Source: an uncultured Nitrospinota bacterium (GTDB lineage Bacteria > Tectomicrobia > Entotheonellia > J063 > CAVPRW01). Taken from it: DNA of 64,000 nt. How positions within the stretch are numbered: position 1 is the first letter of the stretch; each line of letters begins with the position of its first letter. The translations under genes and the position numbers were made by a program. The notes beneath the pieces are model-generated. The model ran no database searches, was not told where the DNA came from, and worked only from the letters and a program-made list of their open reading frames with translations. Of this stretch, positions 60,283-64,000 are shown piece after piece. The stretch lies in contig CAVPRW010000025.1 of assembly GCA_963707985.1 (NCBI GenBank), forward strand, positions 96,001 to 160,000. Reading direction: 5' to 3'.

Positions 60283-60669
60283 ATGCCAGTCTACAGCTAT
60301 GACCATATTCACCTTCGCAGCCGTGATCCCATGGCAACCGCCCAGTACTATCAGAAGATGTTCGACGCCAAGATCGTCGAATCCATCCAATCGGATGGGC
60401 AGCCGCGCATCGACCTCGACATCAACGGGCTGACGGTATTCCTAGCCCGCGTGCCGGCAGACGCCAAAATCGGTGAGTCGCCAGTTGATCCCCACCTCGG
60501 CCTGGACCATTTCGGGCTCAGGGTCGACAACCTCGATGCTGCGTATGCTGAACTGAAACAGCGTGGAGCCGACTTCGCGGTGGAACCACGCACCATCCGC
60601 CCCGGCGTCAAGATCGCCTTTGTGCGCGGGCCAGATAATGTGCGCATTGAGCTGCTGGAACGATCTTGA
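60283..60669 (+). CDS. VOC/glyoxalase family protein
   Basis: YDHIHL, GLDHFGLRVDNLD, AFVRGPDNVRIELL. Confidence 0.9.
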   Translation: MPVYSYDHIHLRSRDPMATAQYYQKMFDAKIVESIQSDGQPRIDLDINGLTVFLARVPADAKIGESPVDPHLGLDHFGLRVDNLDAAYAELKQRGADFAVEPRTIRPGVKIAFVRGPDNVRIELLERS

Positions 60670-60691
60670 TTTCTCCCTGACGCCGTTCGCG

Positions 60692-60771
60692 GTCTCTCTG
60701 AGAGAGGGTCTGGGTGAGGGGGACAACGTGTACTCCTGATGAGCTCTCACCCTCAGCCTCCTCCGAGAGGG
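60692..60771. repeat. degenerate paired REP-like element
   Basis: CTCTCTGAGAGAGGGTCTGGGTGAGGG ... CTCACCCTCAGCCTCCTCCGAGAGGG. Confidence 0.6.
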
Positions 60772-60794
60772 CACAGGGAAAGAAGGAGACCATC

Positions 60795-62034
60795 TTGAAG
60801 TGGGCCATACGTGCGCAGCGAGTATTCGATGGCGCTGGAAATCCGGTGATACGAGATGCTGTGGTGGTCGTCGACGATGCACGTATCGCCGCTGTGGGGC
60901 CGGTTACCCAGGTGCAATTACCGCAAGGCGTAGAAATTGCTCGACGTCGGAGATCGCACGCTCATGCCGGGCTTGATCGACGCCCATGTACATGTGCTGT
61001 TAACCGGGAGTGCGATCAGCGGCCAGGAATCGCGCGCCATGAACGATCATCAGGTGTTGTTGGTAGGGGCGCGAAACGCTCAACTGGCGCTCAAGAGCGG
61101 TCTGACGACGGTGCGTGATTGCGGCGACCGCGGTTATCTGAGTCTGGTTCTACGGGACTTCATCAACGGTGGTGGCCTCGCAGGCCCCCGGTTGGTCTGC
61201 TCGGGACCAGTTCTCACCAGCACCGCTGGTCATCTATGGTGGGACGGGATCGAGTGCGATACGGTCGATGACCTGCGGCGTGGGGTGCGCACCCTGGTGA
61301 AGCATGGGGTCGATTGCATCAAGCTCATGGGTACGGGAGGTAACGCCACGCCGGGCTCCAACCCCGAAGCCTCACAATACGATGCGCTGGGATTCATAGC
61401 TGTCGCAGAAGATGCACACCGCATGGGCAAGAAGGTCGCGGTCCATGTGCACGGCGTAGAAGGTACCCGCATGGCGGTGGACGCCGGGATCGACACCTTG
61501 GAGCATGTGCCATTTCGCGCTCAGGGGGGAATTGCCTATAGTGAGGCCCTGGTCGACGACATCGTACGCAAAGGACTTATCGTCAGCCTGGCCATGCCCG
61601 CCACCTGGTATCGGATACGGGCCGAGGACATGCGCGAGGCACGCTCCCACCCTGGCCATCTCTGGGAAGCGCGCTATGAAACGATCCGTCGCATGCATAA
61701 GGCGGGCGTCCAGCTGGTGGTCAGCAGCGATACGGGGTCAACTGGCACCAGGATCGACGAGTTGGCACTCTTGATGGAGTTTCTGGTGAAGGGCATCCAG
61801 ATCCCCGCGGCCGACATTTTGCGTGGCGCAACGGGTTTCGCAGCCGAAGCGCTGGGCATGGCCAATGATATCGGTACGCTGACTCCTGGCAAACTCGCCG
61901 ATATGGTTGTGGTCGACGGCGATCCGCTGACGGATATCACCGCTATGCAACGTATTCATACCGTCGTCAAAGACGGCAAGGTACTGGTGCGTGAAGGAGG
62001 ATTGCTCCTGTCTCCCACGAGCGAAGAGAGCTAA
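60795..62034 (+). CDS. metal-dependent amidohydrolase, frameshifted near 60937
   Basis: AAGGAG RBS and TTG start, RVFDG; PGLIDAHVH, TTVRD.G, VAVHVHG, LEH, SSD, GKLADMVVVDGDPL. Confidence 0.88.
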
Positions 62035-62066
62035 GGTAGGGGGTCGAATACCAGAGGATTGCACGT

Positions 62067-62954
62067 ATGCCCAAGGCTCCTGTGAATGGTGTGAATTTGT
62101 ATTATGAGGTCACCGGGAGCGGTTATCCGTTGCTCTTGGTGCATGAATTCGCTGGGGATTACCGCAGTTGGGAACCACAAGTGCGTTACTTCGCCCACCG
62201 CTATCAGGTGATCACCTACAATGCCCGGGGTTATCCGCCGTCGGACGTCCCAGAGGACCTCACCGCCTATTCGCAGGAACAGGCGGCTTTGGATATCATT
62301 GGACTCCTAGAGCATCTACACATTCCCCAGGCACACCTCGTCGGGCTGTCGATGGGCGGCTATGCCGTCCTACATGCGGGGCTAAGCCATCCCTCCAGAG
62401 CTCGATCCCTGGTGGTCGCCGGATGTGGCTATGGCTCGGTGTCGAGCGAGCGCGAGCGCTTCCAGCAGGACTCTGGCCACATCGCCGAACGACTCCAGCA
62501 CCAAGGCATGCCAGCTGTCGCTGAGGTCTATGCCAGAGGCCCGACCCGTGTGCAGTTCGCGGACAAGGACCCACGGGGCTGGCGCGAGTTCGCCGCGCAG
62601 TTGGCCGAACATTCGGCCATTGGGGCGGCGCTGACGCTGCTCGGGGTGCAAGGACGACGTCCCTCCGTCTATGCCCTGGAAGCCCAGATGCGTCAACTGC
62701 AGGTGCCAACGCTGATCGTCACCGGGGACGAAGACGAACCCTGCTTGGAGCCGGGGCTGTTCATGAAACGCGTTATCCCCACCGCCGGGCTGGTGGTGAT
62801 GCCCAAGTGCGGCCACACCATCAACATTGAAGAACCCGACGCCTTCAACCGCATTGTCAGCGACTTCTTGACAGCCGTCGAGGCGGGAAAATGGGGTGTG
62901 CGCAACCCCTCGTCCTTGAGCGCGTCGGCAATCCTCCCGCCGGAGCACTCGTAA
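62067..62954 (+). CDS. alpha/beta-fold hydrolase
   Basis: HEFAGD, NARGYPPS, GLSMGG, GDED, GHTIN. Confidence 0.92.
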   Translation: MPKAPVNGVNLYYEVTGSGYPLLLVHEFAGDYRSWEPQVRYFAHRYQVITYNARGYPPSDVPEDLTAYSQEQAALDIIGLLEHLHIPQAHLVGLSMGGYAVLHAGLSHPSRARSLVVAGCGYGSVSSERERFQQDSGHIAERLQHQGMPAVAEVYARGPTRVQFADKDPRGWREFAAQLAEHSAIGAALTLLGVQGRRPSVYALEAQMRQLQVPTLIVTGDEDEPCLEPGLFMKRVIPTAGLVVMPKCGHTINIEEPDAFNRIVSDFLTAVEAGKWGVRNPSSLSASAILPPEHS

Positions 62955-63145
62955 CGCCCCGGCTGCGATCGCACCAGATGGGTGATCCACTGCAGGGGCA
63001 AATACCGCACGGCAGCGTGTCTCCATACTGCTCCCCTGGCTCGCCCGGCGGGTGCCATCTCATCTATGACGTCCTCCTCGCGGTGGTGCTTTATGGTCAT
63101 GGCGAGCCTCCCCCCGTGCGTATGAAATATGTTGGGAGCACAGTG

Positions 63146-63902
63146 ATGGGATCATCAGTCGCCATTGTCATTCCCTGCTACAACGAAGCCAAACGACTTC
63201 AGGTCAGCCAGTATAAAGCATACTTCGATGCCGATCGCGCACACCTGTTTGTGTTTGTCAATGATGGGAGTCACGATACGACAGTGCAGGTCATCCAAGG
63301 CCTCCACCAAAGTCATCCGCAGCACTGCGCCTATATCGATTTGCCGCGGAATGTCGGGAAGGCTGAAGCAGTCAGGCGGGGTCTCCTGTCGGCTTTTGAC
63401 ACGAACCCTGACTTTGCGGGCTATTGGGATGCCGATCTGGCCACGCCCCTCGAAACCATTCCCGACCTTTTGTAAGCTGCTTGAATCCCACTCCGAGATC
63501 GACATGGTCTTCGGGGCGCGGGTTCGCCTCCTTGGCAGAGCCATCGAGCGCAGCCCGTTGAGGCATTATCTGGGTCGGGTGTTTGCTACGGCTGCCTCCT
63601 TGACGATAGGCCTACCGATCTACGACACACAATGTGGCGCCAAGCTCTTCAGAGTGTGCCCCCTAGTCCGCTCGTTGTTTCAACAACCCTTTATGACGCG
63701 CTGGCTGTTCGACGTCGAAATCATTGCCCGGCTCATCCAGACCTGCCAGCGCGACAAGCTCCGGTCACCCAAAGACCTGATCTATGAGTTTCCGTTACAG
63801 ACCTGGAAGGATGTGGCGGGGTCGAAAGTCAAGCCGGTCGATTTCTTCAAGAGCTTTTATGACCTTGCCAGAATCTACCGGACATATTTCCGATCTCCGT
63901 AG
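63146..63902 (+). CDS. GT2 glycosyltransferase (dolichyl-phosphate glucosyltransferase-like), frameshifted near 63470
   Basis: IPCYNE, VNDGS, GKAEAVR.G, DADLATP; then GARV, DTQCGAKLF and WLFDVE in the next frame. Confidence 0.88.
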
Positions 63903-64000
63903 GGCGACGGAAGTTTCCGGCCAGGCCACCTGCCGCTGCCGCCAGAGCTTAACCTCCCGTTCTACCGCTTGTACCACGACTACACGCATGCTATGGTAGT

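Overview
GC-rich bacterial chromosomal window of about 55 genes. (i) Housekeeping, 1-14.6 kb: tRNA-CAT, C4 zinc-ribbon gene, rnpB, PEP-synthase regulator, recQ, a degenerate ribBA, queF, dinB, tenA. (ii) A peptide/nickel-type ABC system with three paralogous Tat-exported binding proteins, followed by a cytochrome P450. (iii) A pstSCAB-LOG-phoU operon preceded by three 11-bp-periodic Pho-box-like arrays. (iv) CoA-transferase, dehydrogenase and hydrolase genes. (v) An accessory region, 44.3-57.3 kb, holding a solitary integron-type cassette with an attC-like site and a candidate defence locus. That locus has a large Type IIG/Eco57I-like N6-adenine methyltransferase with a degenerate nuclease motif, an AT-rich specificity domain and a C-terminal HEPN-like (RxxxxH) domain. 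Two PIN toxin-antitoxin pairs and a PLD-SNF2 helicase follow it. (vi) A glycine/betaine-reductase-B-like pair with an in-frame UGA, a SECIS-like hairpin and atypical active-site residues. About a dozen single-base frameshifts in otherwise intact genes suggest uncorrected long-read errors, so pseudogene calls need caution. All family assignments come from motif recognition by eye; no searches were run.
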